DNA of 64,000 nucleotides from Candidatus Thermosaccharophagus tengchongensis (GCA_032161105.1 JAVHTD010000011.1), one strand, 5' to 3'; counted from the first letter of the stretch, positions 17,245-27,855 are shown. Notes: generated from the letters alone by a model not told the origin. Made by a program: numbers and translations.

Positions 17245-19734
17245 GTTAACTTTTCGTGAGCGCAGCTTCTCAATCTTTTGGCGAAGCTCCATTTCAACCC
17301 TTTCCGGGAGCGGCTTTAACTGCACCGCGCTGGTAATATCCTCAGTTTCATCCGATGCGCTTTCACCAACTTCGGAGGGCGCAATTTTCCTCGGCTTTGG
17401 GACATACGGCTCAAGCCCAAGGAGCTCATGCAACAGTGCCTTTGCCGCCTCCTTGTCCGGTATCAACTCAGCTCCGTTGATGAATTGCGGCAGGCGAGCA
17501 TACCATGCCGGCGCGCCAACGCACGCCGGACAACCATCCTCACACTGGCAACTGGTTATCAACTCATTCGCAGCCATCAGCATCTCCTCAACCAGCTCAT
17601 ACGCCTTTTGAGCGATCCCTACACCGCCGGGATGAGCATCGTAAATGAACAGCGTTGGAATGCCCGTATTTGAGGAGTCAACCACAGTGCCGACATCTGA
17701 CGGGTCTGACATGACAAACAGGGGTGTAACATGTGCCATGACATTAGCTACTGCAAGCATAGCCTCCGATGGGTTGCGCCCATAACTCCTGATGAGTTGC
17801 ATTGCTTCCCTTGGCGGTATGAGCCATGCAGCTTGCGTCTCAACCTCAACCGGCGGGAGGTAAACCCTGCCATAGCCAATTGACTCCCATGTATGCATCT
17901 TCACCTTGCGAAACATGAAGACGGTGTCGGTGACGATTACCCTGCCACAGTGCACATCCGAGATGCGCCACCTCTTTTGCAACTCACTTGATTGCACCCT
18001 TATGCGCACTTCCGAGATTGAGCATGTGAAGTAGTCAACATCAACTTGCCTGACACTCGCCATGCGCTTTTCCAAGTCAAGCCCCTCAACGAAGTATGTT
18101 TCCCCCTCGTGCATGTAAATGGCTTGCGGATGCGCAAGCCTAAAGGCACTGTATTCGTCAAGCGTGCCGATTGTCCTTGGAGGCTGCTCACCGACATCAA
18201 TGATGGTGAATGTGTTCTCGCCGATGTTGCGCAAATCAACATCGGCAGCCGGAAAGCCTCTCCCATGCCAATACCAACGCCCGCAAAAGCGCTTCACTTC
18301 GCCATACTCCTCAAGCAGTGAAATGACTGCTGCAGCATACTCGCCAAATTGCTCAAGCTCACGAGGCTCAATTGGCAGCTCAGATGCTGCACACCTCAGA
18401 TGAGATAGGACAATGTGCGGGTTATCCGGGTCTGTGAGGGCATGCTCTGGTGGTCTCTCAAAAACATACTCCGGATGGCGCATCAGGTATTGGTCAATCG
18501 GCGTGTTATGCGCAACGAAGAAGATAAGCGCATCACTGCCACCCCTTCCAACCCTTCCGGAACGCTGCAGGAAGCTCGCTATCGTTCCCGGGTAGCCAAC
18601 GAGAATGCACGCATCAAGCTCACCAACATCAATTCCGAGCTCAAGCGCACTCGTCGCTACAACCCCCATAAGCTGACCGCTGAATAGTTCCCTTTCAATC
18701 TGCCGCCTTTCCTCGGGCAGGTAACCAGCCCTATAGCCCCTGATTGAGTTGCTGAACCTACTCCCGCGCTGCATGAGCATATCCTGAGCATGTCTGAGGG
18801 TAAGCTCCATTGCGCCCCTTGTCCTCGTGAAGGCGATCGTATGCCAACCATTCTCAACGAGCATTGAGAGGAGCATTGCCGCTTCCTGATTTGCGCTCCT
18901 CCTCTCATGCGGGTGTGAGGGAATCAACGATGGATTCCAGAACACGAAAGCCTTTCGCCCGCATGGCGATGTATCTTCGTTGATCAACCTGACCGGCTCA
19001 CCGAGCAGCCTTTCTGCGTGCTCCTTCGGGTTGGCTATCGTCGCAGAGGCGCATACGAAGACCGGCTTACAACCGTAATGCCTGCAAATGCGCTTCAGGC
19101 GGCGAATGACATTCGCCACATGGCTTCCAAAGACGCCCCTATATGTGTGCAGCTCGTCAAGGACGACGAGCCTCAGGTTGGAGAGATAGCCACCCCAACG
19201 GTCATGTGATGGCAGTATACCGCTGTGGAGCATGTCAGGGTTGGTGAATATCACATTACCTTCATTCCTCGCCTTGCGCCTCGTTGCGGGCGGCGTGTCG
19301 CCATCGTATGTGAACGGTCTCGCTGGCAACTTCACCTTGCATCTTGAGAGAAGCTCGTTCAGGGCGCGAAGCTGATCCTGAGCGAGCGCCTTCGTCGGAT
19401 AGATGTAAAGTGCTCTTGCTCCCTCGTCGGTAAGGAGCATTTGCAATGTCGGGAGGTGATAGCACAGCGTCTTGCCGCTTGCCGGCCCGGTGGCAATGAC
19501 GACATTCTCACCGCTCATGACCGCATTGATAGCCTCAACCTGATGCCGATAAAGCCTCACTATGCCCAATTCCCTGAGAGCCTCAATGAGCACTTCATGC
19601 AACGAACTCGTCAGCTCACCATACTCAGCCGCACGATTGCCTTGAAAAATGACATGCACAATTTGACCGCCATACCAAGGTTGAGAGCGAATCGCATTGA
19701 GCAGTTGCTCAATGCTCTTTCTCGGATTCACCAT
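17236..19734 (-). CDS. DEAH-box helicase with DUF1998 (MrfA/YprA/Hrq1-like)
   Basis: ASGKT, YPTKALAQDQ, DELH, SAT, LELGIDVG, QRSGRVGR, YDAHPGGVG, CQCEDGCPAC; start placed at ATG 19734. Confidence 0.93.
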   Translation of the reverse strand: MVNPRKSIEQLLNAIRSQPWYGGQIVHVIFQGNRAAEYGELTSSLHEVLIEALRELGIVRLYRHQVEAINAVMSGENVVIATGPASGKTLCYHLPTLQMLLTDEGARALYIYPTKALAQDQLRALNELLSRCKVKLPARPFTYDGDTPPATRRKARNEGNVIFTNPDMLHSGILPSHDRWGGYLSNLRLVVLDELHTYRGVFGSHVANVIRRLKRICRHYGCKPVFVCASATIANPKEHAERLLGEPVRLINEDTSPCGRKAFVFWNPSLIPSHPHERRSANQEAAMLLSMLVENGWHTIAFTRTRGAMELTLRHAQDMLMQRGSRFSNSIRGYRAGYLPEERRQIERELFSGQLMGVVATSALELGIDVGELDACILVGYPGTIASFLQRSGRVGRGGSDALIFFVAHNTPIDQYLMRHPEYVFERPPEHALTDPDNPHIVLSHLRCAASELPIEPRELEQFGEYAAAVISLLEEYGEVKRFCGRWYWHGRGFPAADVDLRNIGENTFTIIDVGEQPPRTIGTLDEYSAFRLAHPQAIYMHEGETYFVEGLDLEKRMASVRQVDVDYFTCSISEVRIRVQSSELQKRWRISDVHCGRVIVTDTVFMFRKVKMHTWESIGYGRVYLPPVEVETQAAWLIPPREAMQLIRSYGRNPSEAMLAVANVMAHVTPLFVMSDPSDVGTVVDSSNTGIPTLFIYDAHPGGVGIAQKAYELVEEMLMAANELITSCQCEDGCPACVGAPAWYARLPQFINGAELIPDKEAAKALLHELLGLEPYVPKPRKIAPSEVGESASDETEDITSAVQLKPLPERVEMELRQKIEKLRSRKVNLR

Positions 19735-19762
19735 ACCACAAGTGCACCTCACAGCACCAAGG

Positions 19763-19996
19763 CTACTCCTCATTGCCCTCCTCGGGCAGCGGCAATCCGG
19801 CACGCAAGTGGTATTCAACAAACACCCAACACTTGAAACACCTTCTTGGGTCGTTGCGCTTGCAGCATGGCTTACCCGCAACCTCAAAGCAAAGCTTGCC
19901 CTCAGAGTATGCCTGACAGATGAGGTAATGGGAAGCCGGACAGCGAATTATGTCGGAGCAATGCACCTTACCGCGTCTGAGGCTTGAACCCTCCAT
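19763..19996 (-). CDS. Small Cys-rich protein
   Basis: 77 aa with 8 Cys (HC...RC...ICQAY...LCFE...PCC...RCFKCW); fills the gap between TPR and helicase genes in the same orientation. Confidence 0.65.
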   Translation of the reverse strand: MEGSSLRRGKVHCSDIIRCPASHYLICQAYSEGKLCFEVAGKPCCKRNDPRRCFKCWVFVEYHLRAGLPLPEEGNEE

Positions 19997-20001
19997 CTGA
20001 A

Positions 20002-20406
20002 TCACAACCCAAACTCCTTCAGGTAGCGCAGCTGTTTCAAAGCCTCTTCGTTATTCGGGTCTATCTCAAGTGCCCGCTCAAATGCCGCCTTGCTTTTCAG
20101 CAACAGTTCCTGATTGTCTTCAAGCCACGCAACTTGCTGGTATGCTTTCCCAAGCCATATCCAAAGCTGCGGCTCGTTCGGTGAGAGCTGAGTGGCTTTT
20201 TCAAATTCATAACACGCCTCCATGAACATCCCCTCATATCCAAAGCTGTAGATAAGCCCAAGCCCAATATGAGCCCTCAAGTTATTCGGATCGCTCTCAA
20301 GCACTTTCCTGTAGAGTTGAACTGCTTCATCATACCTGCCGTCAATTCGCGCAGCATCAGCGAGGTCAATCAATTCATCTATCGTGCTGTTATCTTGAGC
20401 GCTCAT
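20002..20406 (-). CDS. Tetratricopeptide repeat protein
   Basis: About 3 TPR units (EAVQLYRKVLESDPNN, FERALEIDPNNEEA). Confidence 0.88.
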   Translation of the reverse strand: MSAQDNSTIDELIDLADAARIDGRYDEAVQLYRKVLESDPNNLRAHIGLGLIYSFGYEGMFMEACYEFEKATQLSPNEPQLWIWLGKAYQQVAWLEDNQELLLKSKAAFERALEIDPNNEEALKQLRYLKEFGL

Positions 20407-20477
20407 CTCACCCGCCCCTCTTGAGACATATCTAAGGTGTCCTTCTGTCCGCCCAAATCGCGAGCCTCAATATAAGG

Positions 20478-21416
20478 CTAACTGCCAAATACATCCCCCA
20501 CCCTTACCCTCATCCCCCTCATCCAATCGGTAGCCGAGAGCCTTGAGCGCCCTTCAAGCTGCAACTCCAAGAGCCTGAGGAAACCTTTGCCAGTTGCAAC
20601 GATCAAACCGTCGTCCACGCTCGCTACCTCCCCGGGACGAAACACATGTGCCACCTCACATGGCTCACAAACCTTCGCCATCCAAATTTTGACCACACGA
20701 CCATGCCAAGTTGTCCATGCGCCCGGATGCGGATTGAAAGCGCGCACTTGGTTGCGCACCCTCTCGGCATCATTTGACCAGTCTATCATCGCCATCTCCT
20801 TTGTCACCTTTGGAGCGTAAGTCGCCTCTGACTCATCCTGTGGTATCCTCGGAGCTTCACCCCTTGAGAGCAGTTCAAGCGTCTTAACCATCAACCTCGC
20901 ACCAACACGCGAAAGCTTCTCTGAGAGCGTCCCAGCAGTATCCTCATCCTCAATTTCAACGCGCTCCTGAAGGATGATGTCACCCGCATCCATCCTCTCA
21001 ACCATGAACATCGTCGTAACGCCGGTCACTCGCTCTCCATTGAGAAGCGCATGCTGTATCGGTGCGGCACCGCGATACTTCGGAAGAAGTGATGCATGCA
21101 AGTTGATGCACCCAAGGCGCGGGATTGAAAGGCATTCAGCGCTGAGTATTTGACCGAACGCCACCACAACGATGACATCGGGATCGGTTTCCCTTATTCG
21201 TTGGATTGAGCTTGCCTCATTTACATCCTCGGGCTGGAAAATCTCCAAGCCCAAACTAATTGCCAGTTGCTTGACCGGCGGTTGCTGAAGCTTATGTCCC
21301 CTGCCGGCTGGTTTATCCGGAGCAGTCACCACAAGCACCAGCTCATGTCCGGCATCGTGTAAGGCTTTCAGAGTTGGGAGAGAGAATTGCGGCGTGCCCA
21401 TGAAGACGATGCGCAC
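20478..21416 (-). CDS. fmt: Methionyl-tRNA formyltransferase
   Basis: RIVFMGTP, INLHASLLPKYRGAAPIQ, MDAGDI, RAFNP.PGAW; GTG start (alternative 21446). Confidence 0.97.
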   Translation of the reverse strand: MRIVFMGTPQFSLPTLKALHDAGHELVLVVTAPDKPAGRGHKLQQPPVKQLAISLGLEIFQPEDVNEASSIQRIRETDPDVIVVVAFGQILSAECLSIPRLGCINLHASLLPKYRGAAPIQHALLNGERVTGVTTMFMVERMDAGDIILQERVEIEDEDTAGTLSEKLSRVGARLMVKTLELLSRGEAPRIPQDESEATYAPKVTKEMAMIDWSNDAERVRNQVRAFNPHPGAWTTWHGRVVKIWMAKVCEPCEVAHVFRPGEVASVDDGLIVATGKGFLRLLELQLEGRSRLSATDWMRGMRVRVGDVFGS

Positions 21417-21442
21417 ATATCCCACCCCTCTTGCCCAACTGC

Positions 21443-22081
21443 TCACCTACGGAATCGCCTTTTGAGTTCCAACCCATCAGCAAACGCCTTCTCAACCTCC
21501 TGTGGTGTGGTTGGGATCGTCACCAACCTTTCGTTCCCCTCATCATCAACTTCGGTCAACACCCAATGCAAGCTGCCCTCAATCGCCCTGTCAATAATTA
21601 GCTTGCCGTCAAGGTGGTCAATCTCGTGTTGCAGAATCCTCGCAAGCATTCCCTCAGCGTCAATTTCAAACCTGTTGCCATCTCGGTCATATGCCCGGAC
21701 GCGCAATCTGACTGAGCGCGGGACGAGCGCCTGCACATGTGGTATGCTCAGGCAACCTTCAATGTCCTCCTCAGTTTCGCTATCCTCCCACATGACCTCC
21801 GGATTAATGAGCACATAAGTTTGTCCGCCGTGCCTTGCAACGCATACCCTCTCCGGCATGCCAATTTGATTTGCAGCCAGCCCAACACCGTTGGCGGCTT
21901 CCATGCTCGCAATCATGCAGTCAATTAGCTCCGCCACACCCCTGTCCAACTTCTTGACCGGCTTTGCCACCGTGCGCAACACCGGGTCGCCGAGCAAAAC
22001 GATCGGCTTAGCTTTTGATGCACCATTTGAATTGCGCCCACAAGCGCGCTTTCGGCGGAGCTTTCTCGTCCCTTCCGTCAT
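21443..22081 (-). CDS. def: Peptide deformylase
   Basis: GVGLAANQIG, EGCLS, QHEIDHLDG. Confidence 0.97.
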   Translation of the reverse strand: MTEGTRKLRRKRACGRNSNGASKAKPIVLLGDPVLRTVAKPVKKLDRGVAELIDCMIASMEAANGVGLAANQIGMPERVCVARHGGQTYVLINPEVMWEDSETEEDIEGCLSIPHVQALVPRSVRLRVRAYDRDGNRFEIDAEGMLARILQHEIDHLDGKLIIDRAIEGSLHWVLTEVDDEGNERLVTIPTTPQEVEKAFADGLELKRRFRR

Positions 22082-22096
22082 GCCCCATTAACCTCC

Positions 22097-24556
22097 TCAG
22101 CAAATCATCATTGGATCAACATCAATTGAGAGCTTCGCCCTCAAGTCACTGCTCATGCGCTCAAGCGCCATGCTCATCACTTTCATCAATTCCCTCCTGC
22201 TCTGGCTGCGCAAAAGGAAGTGGAAGCGATATTCACCGCGCAGCTTTGATACGAGGCATGGCGCCGGCCCGAGCAGGGTGACTTTACCGCCACTGATAGC
22301 TATCGCCACCTTTGTAGCTTCCATCGCTGCCTTAGTTGCCTCGTATGCTTTGCCTTCATCTTCATCGCTCGCCACAACATCAATGAGGTAACTGAAGGGC
22401 GGATATGGCGGCTCTCGCCTTTGCACCAACTCCCGTTTGAAGAACTCCTCATAGTTGTGCATGGCACTTGCAGCTATAGCGTAGTGCTGTGGATTGTAGG
22501 TCTGGATGTAAACTTCACCAGCCCTCTCACCCCTTCCGGCTCTCCCGGCGACTTGTGAGAGCAATTGGAAGACTCTCTCGGATGCCCTATAGTCTGGGAA
22601 GTTGAGCCCGACATCGGAATTCAAGACGCCGACAAGGGTCACATTCGGAAAATCCAACCCTTTAGTGACCATCTGAGTCCCGACAAGGACATTCGCCTCG
22701 CCCTTCCTAAAGGCGCTGAGTATCGCAGAGTGTGCGCCGCGCCTCTGCGTCGTATCCCTATCCATGCGAAGCACCCTCGCATCGGAGAACAGATTCCTAA
22801 CCTCTTGCTCAATCCTCTCCGTGCCGGCGCCGCTCATCGCTATCGTTTTACCCCCACAAGCCCTGCACTCATCTTGTGCTGAAATGCTGTAATTGCAATG
22901 GTGGCAAAGCAGGATGCCACGATCCCTGTGCAGCGTCAACGAGACCGAGCAGTTTGGGCATGTTTCAACGAAGCCACAACCTTTGCATATGACAAATGGA
23001 GCATAGCCGCGCCTGTTGAGGAACAGGATGACTTGCTCACCATCTCTAAGCCTCCTCTCAATCGCCTCAACTAAGACATCGCTTAGCCACATTGAGCGCC
23101 TGAACGAAGCCCTCCTCATGTCAATGATGTGCACTGTCGGCAATGGTCTATCCTCAACGCGCCTTCGCAGCTGCACAAGCTTATACTTTCCCGTGAGCGC
23201 CTTGTAGTAGGTTTCAATTGATGGCGTGGCACTTACGAGCACAACTAAAGCGTCGCACCAGTTGGCGCGAACAAGCGCCATGTCCCTCGCATTGTATTTG
23301 GGCATCATATCGTGCTTGTATGATTCATCCTGCTCCTCATCAACAACGATGAGCCGCAGCCTCTTCAAGGGAGCAAAGACAGCCGAGCGAGGTCCAATCA
23401 CCACATCCACTTCGCCATTCAGGATGCGCATCCATTCCTCAAACCTTGCTCCGGTGCTCAATGCGCTGTGAAGTATTGCCACGCGCTCGCCGAGCCTATA
23501 TCGGAATATGGCTGCGGCTTGCGCTGTCAGCGCTATCTCCGGGACCAAGAGCAAGGCTTTTCCGCCACGCTCAATCACATGCTGTATAGCACGGAGGTAA
23601 ACTTCCGTCTTCCCGCTCGCCGTCACGCCGTGAAGCAAGATGACATTGAACTTGCCCGTCTCTACGCTCCTTATGATCTCATCCAATGCCGCTTTCTGCT
23701 CGTCCGTGAGAATCATCCCCTCTGGCGAAACTTCAAATCCCTCAGGACCGAGCTCGCCAACCCTCGGGACAATCACCTCAACTATTTCAACAAATCCCCT
23801 GATGGCGAGCGCTTCAACCGTGTGCCTTGTAAAGCCCTCATCCTCAAGCTGCGAAATTGTTACTGGCATCGGCGCTCCGCTGAGACGCTCAAGCAACGAA
23901 CGCTGCTTATCCGTCAACTGAACCTCCGACGAACTCAAGGCGCTCATACCATCGCCAGTCAGCCTTGCAGCCTGACGCTTAACCATTGAGGGCATGTGCG
24001 CCCTCTCGGTGCGCGAGACCTTAACTATGCCCATCTCGCAAAGCTGTTTGAGCGCCTGCCCGACATAAGAACCAAACTCCTCGCGCAGCTTGCGCAATTT
24101 GACCGGCTCACCCGCCTCCAACAAACGCCTGATCAATTCGGCTCGCTTCAATGAGCGCTTGCTCTCCCTCAACAGCCGCTCCGCCGCATCCACATCTTCA
24201 ATCCAAACCTTCTCCTCAACCTCCTGTTGCCATCCCGGAGGGACAATCAATCTGATAGCGTCAAACAGCGGGCAGTGATAATACTGGCTGACCCACTTGG
24301 CGAGCTTGAGCAGCTCGTCATCAAACAGCGGTTGATCCCACAGCACCTTTGCAATTGGCTTGATTGACTCAGGCGGTATGTCGGCGCTATCGCTCAACCC
24401 GACAACATAACCCGTCACCCAATTGCTCCTGACTGGCACAAGGACGGGCGTGCCAATTGAGACCCTGTCCTGAAGCTCAATCGGTATGGCGTATGTTAGC
24501 GGCTTATCAATCGCCACCGATTGAGTATCAACAGAGACTTGAGCATAGCGAGCCAT
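22097..24556 (-). CDS. priA: Primosomal protein N' (replication restart helicase)
   Basis: GVTASGKTEVY, LVPEIALT, DEEQ, SATPS, LNRRGY, four CxxC pairs, KGLDFP, QVAGRAGR. Confidence 0.97.
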   Translation of the reverse strand: MARYAQVSVDTQSVAIDKPLTYAIPIELQDRVSIGTPVLVPVRSNWVTGYVVGLSDSADIPPESIKPIAKVLWDQPLFDDELLKLAKWVSQYYHCPLFDAIRLIVPPGWQQEVEEKVWIEDVDAAERLLRESKRSLKRAELIRRLLEAGEPVKLRKLREEFGSYVGQALKQLCEMGIVKVSRTERAHMPSMVKRQAARLTGDGMSALSSSEVQLTDKQRSLLERLSGAPMPVTISQLEDEGFTRHTVEALAIRGFVEIVEVIVPRVGELGPEGFEVSPEGMILTDEQKAALDEIIRSVETGKFNVILLHGVTASGKTEVYLRAIQHVIERGGKALLLVPEIALTAQAAAIFRYRLGERVAILHSALSTGARFEEWMRILNGEVDVVIGPRSAVFAPLKRLRLIVVDEEQDESYKHDMMPKYNARDMALVRANWCDALVVLVSATPSIETYYKALTGKYKLVQLRRRVEDRPLPTVHIIDMRRASFRRSMWLSDVLVEAIERRLRDGEQVILFLNRRGYAPFVICKGCGFVETCPNCSVSLTLHRDRGILLCHHCNYSISAQDECRACGGKTIAMSGAGTERIEQEVRNLFSDARVLRMDRDTTQRRGAHSAILSAFRKGEANVLVGTQMVTKGLDFPNVTLVGVLNSDVGLNFPDYRASERVFQLLSQVAGRAGRGERAGEVYIQTYNPQHYAIAASAMHNYEEFFKRELVQRREPPYPPFSYLIDVVASDEDEGKAYEATKAAMEATKVAIAISGGKVTLLGPAPCLVSKLRGEYRFHFLLRSQSRRELMKVMSMALERMSSDLRAKLSIDVDPMMIC

Positions 24557-24732
24557 ATCGCTATCACCCACAAACAACAGCTCAAGAACGGCTACCTGAA
24601 GATTTGAGCAGTGGCATATTGCATTGCTGAGGATGCCCGTTTTGCTATGATGGCACGCTGTTTGGCGTTGGGCAAATTGAGGGCAGATTGAGGGTGGGAT
24701 ATCCCTCAAGCCATCGTGATCTGGTGAGCAGC

Positions 24733-25437
24733 ATGGAGCGCGTGGAATTGATTGTCTCAAGCTTGCGCAAGCGCTATGGGCGTAAGGTGGTTCTCAACGG
24801 GATAACATTTCGGGCAAGCGGCGGCAGCTGCATTGCGGTTGTCGGTCCAAATGGTGTTGGAAAGACGACACTGCTAAAGTGCCTATGCGGCTTGCTCCAA
24901 CCAAGCAGCGGTGAGGCGCTTTTACTCATCGGTGAGATGACCCTCACACCCACTGAGGCACAGCCATTCATCGGCGCCCTCCTTGATGACTGCGAGCCAT
25001 ACGATGAGTTGACAGTCAGAGAGAACTTGAACCTTCTCCTCTCACTCAAGCTGTCTCATGGATGGCACATTCAAAACGCTTCAGAGAAACAACATGGCAG
25101 ATCGGCTCGCTCACAAGTTGAATGGCTCTTGAGGGAGTTCCAATTGGTTGAATGCGCCGATGAGCTTGTCTGCTCGCTATCGTCCGGCATGAGGCAACGG
25201 CTCAAGCTGGCAATGGCATGTGTCAGTGAGCCGTTGCTATTGCTGCTTGATGAGCCTATGGTCAATTTGGATTGGGTGGGCAGAGCTGCGGTTGAGAGCG
25301 CAGTTTGCGAGATGCGCAACAAAGGCTCAATAGTTGTTTGGGCAACATGTGATGCCGGTGAGGTTAAAGATGCAACTGCGGTTATCAACTTGGGCGAGGC
25401 AGAGCATAATCCTGCTCGCGAAGGACTTAAAGATTGA
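24733..25437 (+). CDS. ccmA: ABC ATPase, CcmA-like (heme exporter)
   Basis: GPNGVGKTT, LSSGMRQR, LLLDEP; adjacent ccmB-like gene. Confidence 0.75.
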   Translation: MERVELIVSSLRKRYGRKVVLNGITFRASGGSCIAVVGPNGVGKTTLLKCLCGLLQPSSGEALLLIGEMTLTPTEAQPFIGALLDDCEPYDELTVRENLNLLLSLKLSHGWHIQNASEKQHGRSARSQVEWLLREFQLVECADELVCSLSSGMRQRLKLAMACVSEPLLLLLDEPMVNLDWVGRAAVESAVCEMRNKGSIVVWATCDAGEVKDATAVINLGEAEHNPAREGLKD

Positions 25438-26056
25438 GTCGCGCACGAGATACACCACTGCGATTGGGCTCGGCTTCGGGGCGACTTCATTCCTGCTCGT
25501 GAGCATAATTTCCGCGCATGCCGGGTTAAGCCATACCGGTTACTCGGTGATGTTTTGGCTCACAGTGACATTTGTGTCATGCACCAACATACCGATAGCC
25601 TTCCTCAGGGAGGAAGATAAAAGGACCGCATCAACTCTCCGCCTCGCATCGCTTCCATTTTCTGTCTTCACTTCCAAATGGCTGCAGAGTGCCATCCTCA
25701 CATCATCCGTGTCGCTGCTGCTCCTCGCCCTCGCTGTAGCGATATGGGGATGGGATAGCGCCAGCTGGAAAGCCATCCTCACACTCGCGCTCGTGGCGAT
25801 ACTCATCTCATTTGGATTGGCAGCCTCAGAAACCCTCCTTGCGGCGATGATATCAAAGGCGAAGATGCGCTCATCACTCATGGGTGTGATTTCATTCCCG
25901 ATACTCCTTCCCATTCTCATACCGGCGATTAAGTGCACGGCTGATTGCATCATGCAAGAGAGCGCAAGCAAAGCCGACATCGTGTGGTTCGTTGTCTACC
26001 TTGCGCTGGTGCTCTCAATCTCGTCACAGCTGTTCGAGCACATTTGGAGGGCTTGA
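25370..26056 (+). CDS. ccmB: Heme exporter protein B-like permease
   Basis: KDLKIESR, FLREEDKRT, F.SKW, VISFPILLPILI; about 6 TM helices. Confidence 0.8.
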   Translation: MQLRLSTWARQSIILLAKDLKIESRTRYTTAIGLGFGATSFLLVSIISAHAGLSHTGYSVMFWLTVTFVSCTNIPIAFLREEDKRTASTLRLASLPFSVFTSKWLQSAILTSSVSLLLLALAVAIWGWDSASWKAILTLALVAILISFGLAASETLLAAMISKAKMRSSLMGVISFPILLPILIPAIKCTADCIMQESASKADIVWFVVYLALVLSISSQLFEHIWRA

Positions 26057-26126
26057 TATGTCACAATGTGAGGGCACGGCTTCTTGTTACTGACCCAGAA
26101 CATTGATGCGGGGCAGCGCATGACCA

Positions 26127-27401
26127 TCATCTGTATTGTCGCTCTACCATGCTTAAGAACTCCTCATTGCTCTTTGTCCTCCGCAGTTGCTCAATTAACC
26201 TCTCGGTTGCTTGCATCGGGTCAATGTTGGCGAGCCCCCTGCGCAACTTCCATATCGCGTTTAGCTCCTTAACATCGTATAACAGCTCCTCACGCCTCGT
26301 TCCGGAGCGCAGGACATCTATGGCGGGGAAGATCCGCCTCTCGGCAAGCTTTCTATCAAGCACGAGTTCCATGTTGCCCGTCCCTTTGAACTCCTCAAAT
26401 ATGACCTCGTCCATCCTTGAGCCGGTGTCAATTAGCGCCGTCGCTATAATCGTGATGCTTCCACCTTCCTCAACCTTTCTCGCGGCGCCGAAGAAGCGCT
26501 TCGGGCGGTGGAGGGCTGCCGGGTCAAGCCCACCGGAAAGCGTTTTCCCGCTCGGCTCAACATCAATGTTTGAAGCCCTCGTGAACCTCGTTATCCCATC
26601 AAGCAATATGACGACATCCTTTCCGTGCTCAACAAGCCTCTTCGCTCTCTCCAATGTGAGTTCCGTCACCTTCATGTGCTCACTCGGTGGTCTGTCAAAT
26701 GTGGATGATATAACTTCAGCCTTTGTGGCGCGCTTGAAGTCGGTGACTTCCTCGGGGCGCTCGTCAACGAGTAAGACGATGACTATGCACTCCGGGTAGT
26801 TCTCAATGATTGAGTTTGCGATCGTCTTGAGCAGGGTGGTTTTGCCAGCCTTTGGGGGCGAGACAATCAGACCGCGTTGCCCTTTACCTATCGGAGCAAT
26901 CAAGTCTATCAAGCGCGCCGAAATGTTATCTGGGTCCGTCTCAAGCCTTAACCTCTCATATGGGAAGACCGGCGTCAGAGACTCAAAGTGCGGACGATGG
27001 CGCGCCTTTTCCGGATCTTCACCGTTCACAGCGACTATGCGAAGTAGGCTGTAGTATCGCTCTGTTTCCTTCGGTGGACGAACATACCCGCAAATCAGGT
27101 CGCCAGTCCTCAACCCAAAGCGCTTTATCTGAGCCGGAGCAACATACACATCCTCCGGGCTCGGCAAGTAGCCATTGACGCGCATGTAGCCACGCCCATC
27201 GCTTGATATCTCCAAGATGCCCTCCTTGAAGAGCAACCCGCGCTTTTGGGCATACGCCCCGAGTATGCGAAAGACGAGGTCGTGCTTCTTCATCTTCGTG
27301 TAGCCCGGTATATTCATCTCTTTGGCTATCTCTTGAAGCTCGGTGAGCGTCTTAGCCTGAAGTTCTGCAAGTTCAACATCGTTCTCTTCAATCACACTCA
27401 T
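26127..27401 (-). CDS. rho: Transcription termination factor Rho
   Basis: GLRTGD, PIGKGQRGLIVSPPKAGKT, DERPEEVTD, FFGAAR, FEEFKGTGNMEL; GGAGG upstream of ATG 27401. Confidence 0.98.
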   Translation of the reverse strand: MSVIEENDVELAELQAKTLTELQEIAKEMNIPGYTKMKKHDLVFRILGAYAQKRGLLFKEGILEISSDGRGYMRVNGYLPSPEDVYVAPAQIKRFGLRTGDLICGYVRPPKETERYYSLLRIVAVNGEDPEKARHRPHFESLTPVFPYERLRLETDPDNISARLIDLIAPIGKGQRGLIVSPPKAGKTTLLKTIANSIIENYPECIVIVLLVDERPEEVTDFKRATKAEVISSTFDRPPSEHMKVTELTLERAKRLVEHGKDVVILLDGITRFTRASNIDVEPSGKTLSGGLDPAALHRPKRFFGAARKVEEGGSITIIATALIDTGSRMDEVIFEEFKGTGNMELVLDRKLAERRIFPAIDVLRSGTRREELLYDVKELNAIWKLRRGLANIDPMQATERLIEQLRRTKSNEEFLSMVERQYR

Positions 27402-27855
27402 TCCCCTCACCTCCAAAGGACATCTGCGCTGACTGTTCGCAATATCCAACCGGTAAGACCATCTGCGAAGTGGACACGCAGGAATGATTTTGATTATGGT
27501 GCCCCCGTGGTTGAAACATCCTCATGCTGCTAACCGCCCCGAGATTTGCCCAGCGGTTAACAAAGGGTGAAGCGAGATGCCTCTTTATAGCCCTCGGATG
27601 GATTGAGAAGTATCATCACATGACACCGCTGGTAAAGCCATCTCTTGGGAATCCCGCTTGGTGACAACACCTCATACCGCCTGTGGATTGGATGCGCAAA
27701 CCCGCCTGAGCGGCTCTTAAAAACCAAGCTGCAAAGGGATGTAACTCGTCTCGTCCAACTAATTTGCCAATGACAAACACAACTCGCACGAAGCGAGGCT
27801 TCCCAGCGGTTTTTGAATCTCCACTACATTAGGTTGGCGCACCCTGTGCGATTCG

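Noticed and set aside
17236..19734. DISARM/Druantia-type defence helicase
   Set aside because: No methylase, PLD nuclease or other defence genes nearby; context is housekeeping
19735..19887. N-terminal extension of the DUF1998 helicase
   Set aside because: Overlaps the more plausible Cys-rich small gene; helicase-like sequence begins near ATG 19734
24557..24760. Overlap of priA and ccmA
   Set aside because: Artefact of upstream in-frame starts; likely starts are 24556 and 24733
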